A stretch of 64,000 bases of DNA. Origin: a virus. Lineage: Duplodnaviria > Caudoviricetes. Below are positions 28,363-37,574 of this stretch, in pieces (position 1 is the first letter of the stretch; each line of letters begins with the position of its first letter). The position numbers and the translations under genes were made by a program. The DNA lies in IMG/VR virus record IMGVR_UViG_2765235997_000001, positions 1 through 64,000 of that record; one strand, written 5' to 3'. The notes beneath the pieces are model-generated. The model searched no databases and was not told where the DNA came from. It was given only the letters and a program-made list of their open reading frames with translations.

Positions 28363-29785
28363 CAACGACCTCCGGAGGCCGTGCCGCATCATCGGCCTCG
28401 CCCAGCGCCGCCAAACGGTCCAAGACCGCAGTGCCACGAGCGCGCTGCCGGTCCGCACGAATGCGCTGACGCTGGCCCTCGGTGAACCCAGCCATCTCCA
28501 ACGCCACATCAGAGTCAGCGGGGATGATGTTCGCCTGCACCAGCTTGACCGTGGCGTCCGCCTGAGCGGCCACCGTCGGCGTCGCCGGATTCCGCCACAC
28601 CGTCTCAATACGACGGGTCCGATCCGGCGGCTCACCATCCCGCACCCACAGAGCGAGACGCATGGCCTCCTCCCAACGGGAACCGAACCGGCGAATCCGA
28701 CGCTCGCTGCGCTTCACGAGCTTCGCCTCGGTGCTGCGGATCGCGTCCGCGCTCGCCGGGTTGTCCGTGGTGTAGCCGAGCATGTGCGGCGGCAGACCGA
28801 ACTGGCTGGACATGATCCGCGCGTACAGGTCGATGATCTTCGTCTGACCGGAAGGATCGTGGGCCGCGAACTGGCCCACCGTCGGAACCGCACCATCCTC
28901 GTCCCGCTCCAACGCAAGGACACGGCCGATGTACGTCTCCCACGCCGACTTCGCGTTGCCCTCAGCATCCTGGAACGCCGACTCGCTGGCGCCCAAGATG
29001 TAGCGTTGCGGAGCCCCAAAAAACTCGGCGGCCACCTCAATGCCCATCAGTCGGCGGCAGGCCGCGTCCGTGATGCTCATGACGTCCGGGGTGATCTCGG
29101 ACTTGCCCACGCGGTCAGCCGTTCTCTGCCTGTTCGCCAGCCTGACGATCGGCACCACGCCCAACTTGTGCATGTCCCGGTCGACGACCTCCCAGCCGCC
29201 CGACGGATTCGGCAGCGCCGTCACCGTCTGATCCGGCAGGTACAGGACGATCATCCGCTCATCCGCGCCGGACTCGACCAGCCCGTCCGTCTGGCACTCA
29301 CGCAGCCCCGCAACACCCATGCGAATGCGGGCATCCCACATCAGCGTCATGTCCAACGGTGACTCCACGCTGATCAGCGGCGGGGAGCCGTCGTCATCAC
29401 CAGAGCCGATCGTGACGTACTCGCGCCCATAGATCAGGGCGTCCAGGTGCCCAAGGCTCGACTCGTCGAGGAGATCATTCGCTGTGACGATCTCCTCCAG
29501 CTCCGACGAATCGGAACCGTCACCCCACCGAAACGCTTCGAGATCGAGGCGCTCCTCCAGGGACTCCACGCCCACCCGCGGCCAGCCGATGACCGTGTGC
29601 AAGCCCCTGAGCTGCGGCGGGATGCTGATGCCCAAGTCACGGACCAGCTGCTCACCGTTGAAGTACGCATCCCTCAACTGCAACGTCCAGCGGTCACGCA
29701 GCAAGTCGGCACGCAAAACGTTGATCAACGCCATTTCGTCGTCAGACAGATGCACCAGCGGCAGCTCGGGAATCGAAACGGTCAT
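28340..29785 (-). CDS. portal protein
   Basis: 481 aa after terminase; GKSEI, PQRY, NPASADA. Confidence 0.9.
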   Translation of the reverse strand: MTVSIPELPLVHLSDDEMALINVLRADLLRDRWTLQLRDAYFNGEQLVRDLGISIPPQLRGLHTVIGWPRVGVESLEERLDLEAFRWGDGSDSSELEEIVTANDLLDESSLGHLDALIYGREYVTIGSGDDDGSPPLISVESPLDMTLMWDARIRMGVAGLRECQTDGLVESGADERMIVLYLPDQTVTALPNPSGGWEVVDRDMHKLGVVPIVRLANRQRTADRVGKSEITPDVMSITDAACRRLMGIEVAAEFFGAPQRYILGASESAFQDAEGNAKSAWETYIGRVLALERDEDGAVPTVGQFAAHDPSGQTKIIDLYARIMSSQFGLPPHMLGYTTDNPASADAIRSTEAKLVKRSERRIRRFGSRWEEAMRLALWVRDGEPPDRTRRIETVWRNPATPTVAAQADATVKLVQANIIPADSDVALEMAGFTEGQRQRIRADRQRARGTAVLDRLAALGEADDAARPPEVVDGDVGLG

Positions 29786-31536
29786 CGCAACACCACCACC
29801 CGTCCCTTGCCGCGCGCAGTGGTGCGCTTCTGATTCTTCGGACTGTTCAGGACGGTTCGCCGCAACATCCGGGCCCCGATCATGCAGATCGCAAGGTCGA
29901 TCTTCCGGGCCGACTCACGGTGCTCCTTACCGATCGTGATCCCCCAAGCATTCGTGCGCCGCCGGGCATTGATCACGTGGGTACGCATCACCTTGTGCCC
30001 GTCATGCACCAGCTGCCGCTGCAAGATGTCCTCGCGGGTCCGTTTCACCGCGTCGGTGAACGTCTCCTGGTTTCGCCGGTCACGCATGTCCCACCGGACC
30101 GCGTGCGCCCTCGGACCCGACACCACAGCGCGCAGAAGCAGCTTCTTGCCATAGGACTGGCCCCACCTGTCCAGGAAGGCGTCCCAGTACATCTCGCCGT
30201 CCTCGTCCTGCCCGGAGCCAGGGTCGGCAAAGAACGCCAGCACCTTGAACCGGTGGAACGCGTTCTGCACGACACCGTCGACGTCCTCGCGCGGCACCTG
30301 CCACGGCACGTAGCCCGGCGTGTTCGGTGACGGCCAGTTCGGCGGCTTCTGCCACACGCCCAACGTCGACACCAGACCGTCCGACATGCGGCAAGCAGCT
30401 AGGCCCGTCGCGTCATCCGACTTCGACCCGTCGAAGAACACGACGACCTCGTCACCGTCCGCCAGGCTGAGATCCTCGCGCTTGCAGGCGTCCCACTCGT
30501 AGCGGGCCATCCACGCGTCCTCGGCAGCGTCGATCATGTTGTACCAGAACCGTCGGCTACGGCTCGGCGGGTTACGGGTGTCGAGGATCGACGACTTCAA
30601 CCGCCCAATGTCCAGCCACGTCGAATCCCCGCGCACCGCCCGCAATGTCGGCTCGATCCACGCCTCCGTCAACTTCGCCTCAGGCGGAGCCTCCAGCGAG
30701 TCGTAGAACAGGCCAGTGTCTGCCGCCCGGCCCGCCTCGACGGCCTCGTAGGCGTCCCGGGTCCGCTCGGCCACCGAGTCCTCGCCGGGCTCGAAAGCGT
30801 TCGTGTCCGCCAGCGTCCGGGACTGCCCGTCCGCCGACTTCGTCGCGTTGCGCTCAATGACCGCAGCCATCTCGTGGCCCGAGTTCGACTCCAGCCAGTG
30901 ATGCGTCTCGCCCATCGACGTGAACGTCGGCCGGCCACCCTCCAAGGCCCGCGGAGAGCTCGTGACGGCTTCCATGCGGGCCCGGCCCTTGTCGGCGTAA
31001 ATGATCTCCTTGCCGAGGTCGATCCGGTACTCCTCGATCGCCCGCTTCGTGAAGATCGAGGGGAACAAGGTCATCGTGTTCCGGGTCTGGTCCTGCGACA
31101 CTGCGGCGATCTGGACCCACGCCGCCGGATGCTGCATGCCCAGCGGCTGCCCCAGAGGGACACCCCACTCGTTGCCCTCGTCCGCAACCCTGTCGAACCG
31201 GCACGGGCCAACGAACTCGAACGCGCTCCACGTCGCCTTGACCGGGTCTTTTCCCCAGCCCTTCAGCCTCTGGAGCACCCCGTCCCGCCACAGGAACCGG
31301 TTCGTCACCGGATCCATGGCATACCACCAGAGAGTCAGGCGCGCCTGCTCAGGCGTGTACTGCCAGGGTCGACCGACGTAGTGCTGCAGGTAGGTCTTCG
31401 TCCAGGAGAGGCAGTGCCAGCCGAGGGTGTACTCAGGCAGCAGAAACCTGCCATCCGGGCCGCGCTTCCAGGTGGGCCCCAGGGTGAAAGGTTCGACGAC
31501 GTCGGGGACCTGCTCCTCAACCTCCGGCGATGTCAC
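29782..31536 (-). CDS. terminase large subunit
   Basis: RLKGWGKDP Walker A, ETHHW, FDGSKSDD, KID nuclease motifs. Confidence 0.95.
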   Translation of the reverse strand: MTSPEVEEQVPDVVEPFTLGPTWKRGPDGRFLLPEYTLGWHCLSWTKTYLQHYVGRPWQYTPEQARLTLWWYAMDPVTNRFLWRDGVLQRLKGWGKDPVKATWSAFEFVGPCRFDRVADEGNEWGVPLGQPLGMQHPAAWVQIAAVSQDQTRNTMTLFPSIFTKRAIEEYRIDLGKEIIYADKGRARMEAVTSSPRALEGGRPTFTSMGETHHWLESNSGHEMAAVIERNATKSADGQSRTLADTNAFEPGEDSVAERTRDAYEAVEAGRAADTGLFYDSLEAPPEAKLTEAWIEPTLRAVRGDSTWLDIGRLKSSILDTRNPPSRSRRFWYNMIDAAEDAWMARYEWDACKREDLSLADGDEVVVFFDGSKSDDATGLAACRMSDGLVSTLGVWQKPPNWPSPNTPGYVPWQVPREDVDGVVQNAFHRFKVLAFFADPGSGQDEDGEMYWDAFLDRWGQSYGKKLLLRAVVSGPRAHAVRWDMRDRRNQETFTDAVKRTREDILQRQLVHDGHKVMRTHVINARRRTNAWGITIGKEHRESARKIDLAICMIGARMLRRTVLNSPKNQKRTTARGKGRVVVLR

Positions 31537-31954
31537 GGTACGAATCCAGCGGGCTCACCGACGCCAACTGCGCGCCGGCAGGCTTCTTCCGCTCCAGCTC
31601 CATCCGAGCCCGGCGCCGGTCCCCCTCCGTCGTCAGCAGCGACGACATCACCGAGTTCAACGCCGCGACCAGCTGGCCGTTCGGCCCGCGGTCCGACAGC
31701 ACCACCTGCGACATCACGTGTGCCGCGTACCGAGCCATCGCCCAGTCCGACGGCTCGTAGAACGCCGACTGCCCCGACTCACGCAGGGACAGATACCAGT
31801 CCGCTGCGATCGGGTGCCACAGCGGATCAGGCCCGGGCAGGTCCGGCATCTCCTCCGGCGGACCCGAAGAGGCCTGCACCAGGTCCGGGCCGTCCGGCTT
31901 GTTCCGCCGGCGGCGAGCTTCGGAGCGCTCAGGGATAGGTCCACGAGTGCCCAT
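31517..31954 (-). CDS. terminase small subunit
   Basis: RGPIP..S, WY.SL..SGQ..FY..SDW, TEGDRRR motifs. Confidence 0.85.
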   Translation of the reverse strand: MGTRGPIPERSEARRRRNKPDGPDLVQASSGPPEEMPDLPGPDPLWHPIAADWYLSLRESGQSAFYEPSDWAMARYAAHVMSQVVLSDRGPNGQLVAALNSVMSSLLTTEGDRRRARMELERKKPAGAQLASVSPLDSYRDIAGG

Positions 31955-32099
31955 AACGACCTCCAGGGTCAGAGCACGCCACCAGGGCGCACAGGGCGAG
32001 AGAGAAGACGACCGAGCGCCACCGCCAGGGCGAGGCCGGCCGAGAGGTAGAGCTGCAGGCCAGGGCCTAGGAAACCCGTACACGGGGTCGTGTGCTTTA

Positions 32100-32312
32100 C
32101 GGCTCCGATCCCTGAAGATCGCCGGGAGGGGGGCACGCCCCCAGGCCGGCCGATCCGCTTAGGGATCATGGAATTTGCAGTGCGAATCGATTGATGCAGG
32201 TACCAGGTATCACCTTGATCAACTCGCGTTTGATCTTCGTTTCGTGATCTTCGAATCAGATTCGATCTTGATCGTCGATCACTGAACCTTGATCACCAAT
32301 CGCATGATCACC
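32100..32312. other. candidate packaging (cos/pac) region, AT-rich with 12 GATC sites
   Basis: Non-coding gap between the HNH region and terS; GGGGG-CGTG-CCCCC dyad near 32128-32142. Confidence 0.55.
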
Positions 32313-32446
32313 TAACACATGACCATCACGACCTCGCCCTGCTGCCTGCCCTGGCCGGCCACCCGGACCCGGCAGCCTCGGGCCCTGCGGGCACTGGCCT
32401 CGCCGAGCGCCCTGGGTGATCGGCTGTCGTCTCGCATGCTGATGCG

Positions 32447-32692
32447 TCAGCGTCGCCGTCGGCCGGCATTGGCCCTGCTCCCGGTGTAGGCCCCGGTTGC
32501 CCGTCGGTGCATGAGCTGGCAGTAGCCCTTGGCCCTGGCTCCCATGTACTTGGAGAGCTGCCGGTTGCACCGGGTCCAGTCGCCTGGTGTTCCCCATCGG
32601 ATCTTGGCTGCGCCGGCTCCGCTGGTCCAGTACCTGCGGAGCGTCTCGGCGTTGCCGCGCTTGCTTCGTCCCTTGGTTGCCACAGTGTTCAC
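32447..32692 (-). CDS. small basic hypothetical protein (LRRYW..GAGAAKIRWGTPGDW.RC)
   Basis: AGGAG RBS; motif recognisable from phage head-associated proteins. Confidence 0.65.
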   Translation of the reverse strand: MNTVATKGRSKRGNAETLRRYWTSGAGAAKIRWGTPGDWTRCNRQLSKYMGARAKGYCQLMHRRATGAYTGSRANAGRRRR

Positions 32693-32889
32693 TCCTTCTG
32701 CGGCGCGGACCCTACTGGTTCGTCTACCCGTTCGATGTGGGCGCCAGCCTCAGCCGGGATGGCAAGGCAGGTGCCGGCGGCGTCGGTGAAGATGGCCCAC
32801 CCGTGTTCGAAGTGGAGGGTGAGGGCGGGGTCTTCGACGAGGAGGTCGTCGCTGGTTTTGCCGGGGTGCCGAATCAGGAAGTGGGGCAT
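32689..32889 (-). CDS. hypothetical protein
   Basis: Coupled small ORF. Confidence 0.55.
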   Translation of the reverse strand: MPHFLIRHPGKTSDDLLVEDPALTLHFEHGWAIFTDAAGTCLAIPAEAGAHIERVDEPVGSAPQKE

Positions 32890-32891
32890 GG

Positions 32892-33140
32892 TCACCAGAG
32901 CTTTGTCGGCCGAAGGGTGACCTTGTACTCCACCGACCACGCGTCAAGGTCAGCCAGATCCGGCGGCGCTTCATACTCGTCGCCAGCGCCACCGAAGATG
33001 GTGATGGGGTCCACGGTCACGTCCGGCTCGGAAGTCAGCTCGTGGCCGTGTGCTGCGCAGCGGTTGAGGACCACCATGAGGGCCTGGACTTCGGACAGTT
33101 CAACACCCTCGTCGGTGAAGACTGTGAATGATTGGCGCAC
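32892..33140 (-). CDS. hypothetical protein
   Basis: Coupled small ORF with GAGG RBS. Confidence 0.55.
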   Translation of the reverse strand: MRQSFTVFTDEGVELSEVQALMVVLNRCAAHGHELTSEPDVTVDPITIFGGAGDEYEAPPDLADLDAWSVEYKVTLRPTKLW

Positions 33141-33144
33141 TTGG

Positions 33145-33438
33145 TCACCTCATACCTGGGTGGGCTTCGGGTGGTCGCTTCCGTCCGGGCCGACCTTTGA
33201 CCTTGGCGGCGGCTGCCCCTTCTCGGGCCGATTTCTGGTCGTGGCAGGGGCCGCATACGCCTTGGAGCCCGGTGTCGCTGTGGTCGTCGGCCTTGGCGAT
33301 GATGTGGTCGCAGAACTGGCTGGGCCTGACGCCACACAGGACGCACGTCCTGTCCCGTTCGAGGATGCGCGCCCGGATCTTGGCCCACCCGCTGGGCAGC
33401 CGGCTCTTGCGGTCGGATCCTGCCCATCCTCCGCTCAT
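33145..33438 (-). CDS. HNH endonuclease (terminase-associated type)
   Basis: ILERD..CVLC...DHI....CGPCHDQKS. Confidence 0.9.
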   Translation of the reverse strand: MSGGWAGSDRKSRLPSGWAKIRARILERDRTCVLCGVRPSQFCDHIIAKADDHSDTGLQGVCGPCHDQKSAREGAAAAKVKGRPGRKRPPEAHPGMR

Positions 33439-33448
33439 GCCCGTCTCC

Positions 33449-33688
33449 TTAGTCGTCTTCGTCGGCGACGTTGACGTAGCCGTTGTTCTCGATGTGGAGG
33501 GCGGCGGTGAGCATGCCGAGGCTGGTGATCCAGTCGAGGGATTCGGATGTGGCTTTGATGAAGGAGATGACGCCGTCGGGCTTCACGATCTTGATGAGGA
33601 CGAGGGCGTCGACTGGAAGGTCGCCTTCATCGAGGTCGGCGGTGACGCCGAGCGTGTCGAGCAGTTGCCCGATCTGCTGGTCAGCCAT
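33449..33688 (-). CDS. hypothetical protein
   Basis: 79 aa coupled ORF. Confidence 0.6.
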   Translation of the reverse strand: MADQQIGQLLDTLGVTADLDEGDLPVDALVLIKIVKPDGVISFIKATSESLDWITSLGMLTAALHIENNGYVNVADEDD

Positions 33689-33998
33689 GGGGCGTCCCGG
33701 TGTCGTCGTGGTCGCCTCGGTACTTGGCGAGGGCTTCGTGGACGCGGGTCTCGCTGCTGTCGTTGGAGTCCCACCATTCGACGGCTTTCCATACGTCGCT
33801 GAGGCGGGCGAGGCGGACGGTGGCGCGGGTTTCCCACTGCCGGTAGAGCACGAGGAGTTCTTCGGTTTCGCGTGCTGCGTCTTGTGCGTAGCCGAGGCCT
33901 GCGAGGCGGTTGGCCATTTCTTCGAGGTCTCAGCGTCGGGCTTGGAGGTCTTCGAGGTCTGCGGCGGCGTAGAGGTAGTTGTAGCTGCCGCCGCTCAT
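33681..33998 (-). pseudogene. MSGGSYNYLY-type phage protein interrupted by an in-frame TGA
   Basis: ATG 33998 overlaps the upstream stop; TGA at 33930-33932; the frame continues DLEEMANRL... Confidence 0.6.
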
Positions 33999-34717
33999 CG
34001 GAGGCCCTGCTGTCGTGGGGCGATCTCTCCGGCTTGCTCGCTGGCGATGTCGACGCGTTCGGCGGGCTGTTGGTCACCGTTGAGTGCGGCCTCGATGAGG
34101 TCGGCGACTGGTCCCCATGTGGGCGTGATGCCGCGTATGCGGACTACTTCGGCGCGCACGCGGGTGAGCGCTTCGTCGTACTCGACTGCCTGCTTGAGGT
34201 GCTCGCAGCTATCGATGTGCGGCGGCCAGCCTTCGGTGAGCCACGCCGGGGCGACGCCGTGGTCGGACCAGCCGCAGTGCTTCTGTCCGATCTCGTAGCC
34301 GTGCCGGGCCCACAGCCGGGCTTCGTCGCGCTCGATTTCCGCGTGCTCGGCCCGGCCGATCAGCTCGTGGATGTTGGCGTGTTTGCCCCGGATAGCGGAC
34401 AGGGCCGCGCTGTGGAGCTGTCCGGGAGCGAGGCCGAGTTCCGCATGCATCTCGTCCCGCTCGGTCTCGGCCCCGGATTCGACGGCGTCACGGAGGTATC
34501 CGCTGGTGTCGTTGGCGGGGATGTCGATGGTGTCTTCGAAGACGAGAACGGCGCGGGCGCCAATCTTCTCTGCGATGCCGTCGAACTCGTCGATGGGGTC
34601 CGGCTGGTCGGGCCCGAGGATGTACCGCTGACGCGTGTACCCGTCTACGACGAGAATGAATGGCGGCCGGTCGTCGCCTGCACCTTCGGGGAGTTCGAGG
34701 ATCTGCAAGCGGGCCAT
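33995..34717 (-). CDS. hypothetical protein (MARLQILELPEG...)
   Basis: 240 aa coupled ORF. Confidence 0.7.
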   Translation of the reverse strand: MARLQILELPEGAGDDRPPFILVVDGYTRQRYILGPDQPDPIDEFDGIAEKIGARAVLVFEDTIDIPANDTSGYLRDAVESGAETERDEMHAELGLAPGQLHSAALSAIRGKHANIHELIGRAEHAEIERDEARLWARHGYEIGQKHCGWSDHGVAPAWLTEGWPPHIDSCEHLKQAVEYDEALTRVRAEVVRIRGITPTWGPVADLIEAALNGDQQPAERVDIASEQAGEIAPRQQGLR

Positions 34718-34890
34718 CAGCTGCTCACCGCCTCGTCGGTCCGGATGATGCTGCGGACGTCGAGGGGCCGGATGTAGGCGGTGGTTTCGCCGTTGGTGCG
34801 GGCGATGTACTGGTCGCCGTCGTATACGAGGGTGTCGACGGTGAGCTTTTGGTTGCTGCCGTCGTCGTAGGTGATGAGGTAGGTGGCCAT
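34717..34890 (-). CDS. small hypothetical protein
   Basis: GGAGCCCGCGCC-ATG start. Confidence 0.6.
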   Translation of the reverse strand: MATYLITYDDGSNQKLTVDTLVYDGDQYIARTNGETTAYIRPLDVRSIIRTDEAVSS

Positions 34891-34915
34891 GGCGCGGGCT
34901 CCAGGGTGTGGTGGG

Positions 34916-35341
34916 TTACGGCTTCCAGTGGGGCCCGCGTAGTGCTTCGGGCACGTCGCTGGTGGTGATGGGGTTGGTGGCGGTGAGGATGTCGCCGAGG
35001 CCGAGGCGGCGTTCGCTGCGCGGTGCCGGTCGGGGTAGCTGCGGCCTGTCGAGTCCGGCGAGCACGTCGGGTGTGATGCCGTGGGCGTGCGCGAGGTCAA
35101 GCAGCTCGGGGCAGTCGTTGAGGTTGTCGATGTTCGACAGGTCCATGTCGCCGTAGGTGCCGCAGCCATGGCAGGCGGGTTCGTAGGTGACGTTCGGGTC
35201 GAGCCTGTGCCGGGCGAGGATGCGGCGGTCCGCCTCACAGCGGCGCAGGACGCCGTCGTCCTGGCTGGGCGGGTACTCGCCCTCTTCGACGAGCTGCTCG
35301 ACCTCGTCGACTTGCTGGGTGATCCAGGTGTGGAGATCCAT
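34916..35341 (-). CDS. DUF6221-like protein
   Basis: VLRRCEADRRILARH motif. Confidence 0.6.
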   Translation of the reverse strand: MDLHTWITQQVDEVEQLVEEGEYPPSQDDGVLRRCEADRRILARHRLDPNVTYEPACHGCGTYGDMDLSNIDNLNDCPELLDLAHAHGITPDVLAGLDRPQLPRPAPRSERRLGLGDILTATNPITTSDVPEALRGPHWKP

Positions 35342-35358
35342 GGCGCGGGCTCCGAGGG

Positions 35359-35580
35359 TCAGGTGTCTTCGTGGTGGATGCTGATGCGCCGGGCGAACAT
35401 GGTGATCGTGATGGCCACGGCTTCGTCGTCCCGCATGTCGTCGATCTTGATGCTGCTTCCGGAAGGGATCGGTACTTCGACACCGTTGATGCGGACGGTG
35501 CTCGGGATGAGGACTTGGTCGCCGCTGCTCCGGTCGATGATCTCGATGTCCGCCCCACGGCGAGGCTCCGGCTTGCGCAT
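35359..35580 (-). CDS. small hypothetical protein
   Basis: VRINGVEV beta-rich ORF. Confidence 0.55.
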   Translation of the reverse strand: MRKPEPRRGADIEIIDRSSGDQVLIPSTVRINGVEVPIPSGSSIKIDDMRDDEAVAITITMFARRISIHHEDT

Positions 35581-35585
35581 GTCGG

Positions 35586-35873
35586 TCACGACGTCGCCTC
35601 TGCTTCGCTGTCGGAGGCCTTCGCGTCGCCCGGAGCGAAGAAGCCGGTGAACAGGTCGTTCCACGCCTTCTTCGTCTTCTCGGCGAGTTCGTCGCCGCTG
35701 GCCTTGCGCACGTAGCTGCTGATGCCCTCGGCCTGATGCCGGACGTCCTCGGGCACGGCGGTGAGGACTTGCTGGAGGCAGGTGTGGGTGCTGCTGTGCT
35801 GGTCCTCGTAGGACTGGATCGCGATGATGAGGTTCCATGCCCACAGGGGCAGGTCGGGCGTGGTGGCAGCCAT
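35586..35873 (-). CDS. hypothetical protein
   Basis: GCCCGCGCC-ATG start. Confidence 0.55.
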   Translation of the reverse strand: MAATTPDLPLWAWNLIIAIQSYEDQHSSTHTCLQQVLTAVPEDVRHQAEGISSYVRKASGDELAEKTKKAWNDLFTGFFAPGDAKASDSEAEATS

Positions 35874-35893
35874 GGCGCGGGCCTTCCGAGGGT

Positions 35894-36082
35894 TCAGTGT
35901 TGGTGGACGCGCCTCGTGAGAAGCCCGGTCCAGGTACGGATTTCGTGGTTGCTGCCGCCGCAGTTCTTGATGAGGCACACGGTCTTGTCCGGGTACACCC
36001 CGCGCTCGGGCTCAGGCTCGGCCTGTCCGATGCCGAGTTCGCGTTCGAGGTGCGCAATCCGCTGATAGTCCGGGGAAGCCAT
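35894..36082 (-). CDS. small hypothetical protein (RIAHLERELGI)
   Basis: AGGAG RBS. Confidence 0.55.
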   Translation of the reverse strand: MASPDYQRIAHLERELGIGQAEPEPERGVYPDKTVCLIKNCGGSNHEIRTWTGLLTRRVHQH

Positions 36083-36105
36083 GGTGGGGCTCCTATGCTC
36101 GGGCC

Positions 36106-36291
36106 ATGGAAACTGGCATGAGGGTTGAGCGTCTGGTGTCCGTGCTTGAGGACGAGGGCGATGCGTGGCGGGGCTTCTGCGACCAGCCGCACGCCGCCGA
36201 ACGACAGTGGGCCACAGTCCCGGTGCCCTCACTTGAGATGGCCGAGCGGCTTCTGGCCGAGCATGCGGAGAGGGATCACGTCGCTGCCTAG
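36106..36291 (+). CDS. small hypothetical protein
   Basis: Fills the gap on the opposite strand. Confidence 0.4.
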   Translation: METGMRVERLVSVLEDEGDAWRGFCDQPHAAERQWATVPVPSLEMAERLLAEHAERDHVAA

Positions 36292-36292
36292 G

Positions 36293-37162
36293 TCAGGAGT
36301 CAAGTGCCCGCCGGATTCCCTCTTCCAGAGTGATCTGCGGGCTGTAGTAGCTGAGCATCCGGGTCGGGTCGCACACCCGGTGATGCACCCCCTGCGGGGC
36401 GGTCGGCAGGTGTCTGATGCGCGGGGTGTAGCCGGCGGCAGCGGTGACGTAGCCGGCGAGCTGGTCGAACGAGGTGGCCCTGCCCCAGCCGAGGTTCACC
36501 GGCCCGGTGATGTCCTGGTCGATGGCGGCCAACGTGGCGCCGACGACATCGCTCACGTGGATCCAGTCGCGGGTGCTGCTGCCGTCGCCCCAGACTTCGA
36601 AGGGGTCTTCACGGCGGCGGGCCCTGCCGATGAACGCGGGGAACGGGTAGCAGTCGTCCTGGTCCTCGCCATAGCCCGAGAACGGGCGCAACACGTGGAC
36701 GCGGCACCCTTCGGCTTCGGCGTACTGGGCGAGCCGCTCCCCTGTGACCTTAGCGAGCCCGTATGTGGCGTCGGGGAGGCCGGGGTTGTTGAGGTCGATG
36801 TCGTCCTCGACAAGGCGGTGGATGTCGCCGGGCTGCTGAAGTTCGACGGGGTAGGCGGCCGAGGAGCTGAAGTACACGGCGCGCGGGGTGCCGGTGCGGA
36901 CGAGCCACTGGAAATACCAGGCATCCAGCGCGAGGTTGGTGGCGACGGCGAGCGGGGATCCGTCGATGGCTGCCCGGCCGCCGACGTTCGCCGCACAGTG
37001 AATGGCGAGGTCCCAGGGGCCTTCGTCGTAGCGGAAGAAGTCGAGGGCATCGGAGTGGTGCCGCTCCAGGTCGACGCCTTGAACGTCGTGGCCGCGCTCG
37101 TCGAGGGCCCGGTGGAGGTGCCTGCCGATGAAGCCCCGGTGGCCGGTCAGGAGGACGTTCAT
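36293..37162 (-). CDS. NAD-dependent NDP-sugar epimerase/dehydratase (extended SDR)
   Basis: TGHRGFIG (GxxGxxG), SSS, YGLAK (YxxxK), RDWIHVSD. Confidence 0.93.
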   Translation of the reverse strand: MNVLLTGHRGFIGRHLHRALDERGHDVQGVDLERHHSDALDFFRYDEGPWDLAIHCAANVGGRAAIDGSPLAVATNLALDAWYFQWLVRTGTPRAVYFSSSAAYPVELQQPGDIHRLVEDDIDLNNPGLPDATYGLAKVTGERLAQYAEAEGCRVHVLRPFSGYGEDQDDCYPFPAFIGRARRREDPFEVWGDGSSTRDWIHVSDVVGATLAAIDQDITGPVNLGWGRATSFDQLAGYVTAAAGYTPRIRHLPTAPQGVHHRVCDPTRMLSYYSPQITLEEGIRRALDS

Positions 37163-37485
37163 CAGGCACCGTCCCCGTGGTCCAGGTCTGGCTGGTAGTC
37201 CTTCGCCATCTCCTTGGCGGTGATCACGAGGAGTTCACCGCTGGAGGTTCGGGCGACCCAGTCGTCCGGGCCTGCGTATGCCGGGCCCTTCGGGGTGGAG
37301 ACGCGCAGGTACCAGTAGTCCTCGCCCAGGAACTCGGGGGCGATCAGGTCGTTGTTCCCGGCGTCGATGAGCCACTGCGGGACTTCCTCCCCACGGACGA
37401 CCCAGGGGTTGTCCGCGTACTCGGCCAGCGCGTACTGGGCCGCTTCGACAACGGTGTATCCGGTGCGGAAGTACTGGTTGGTCAT
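37162..37485 (-). CDS. hypothetical phage protein
   Basis: 107 aa, coupled to the epimerase gene. Confidence 0.65.
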   Translation of the reverse strand: MTNQYFRTGYTVVEAAQYALAEYADNPWVVRGEEVPQWLIDAGNNDLIAPEFLGEDYWYLRVSTPKGPAYAGPDDWVARTSSGELLVITAKEMAKDYQPDLDHGDGA

Positions 37486-37504
37486 CTCTGTCTCCTGGGT
37501 GTGC

Positions 37505-37536
37505 GGAAGCCCCGAGCCAGGAGACTCGGGGCTTCC
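37505..37536 (-). terminator. stem-loop within the glycosylation operon
   Basis: GGAAGCCCCGAG...CTCGGGGCTTCC. Confidence 0.5.
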
Positions 37537-37574
37537 TTCCTGCGGTGATCAAGCCGCAGGCGTATGGGGGGTGG

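Noticed and set aside
37505-37536. GAGCCAGGAGAC resembling a B12 box
   Set aside because: Forms the loop of a simple hairpin, lies antisense to the operon, and no other riboswitch elements are present
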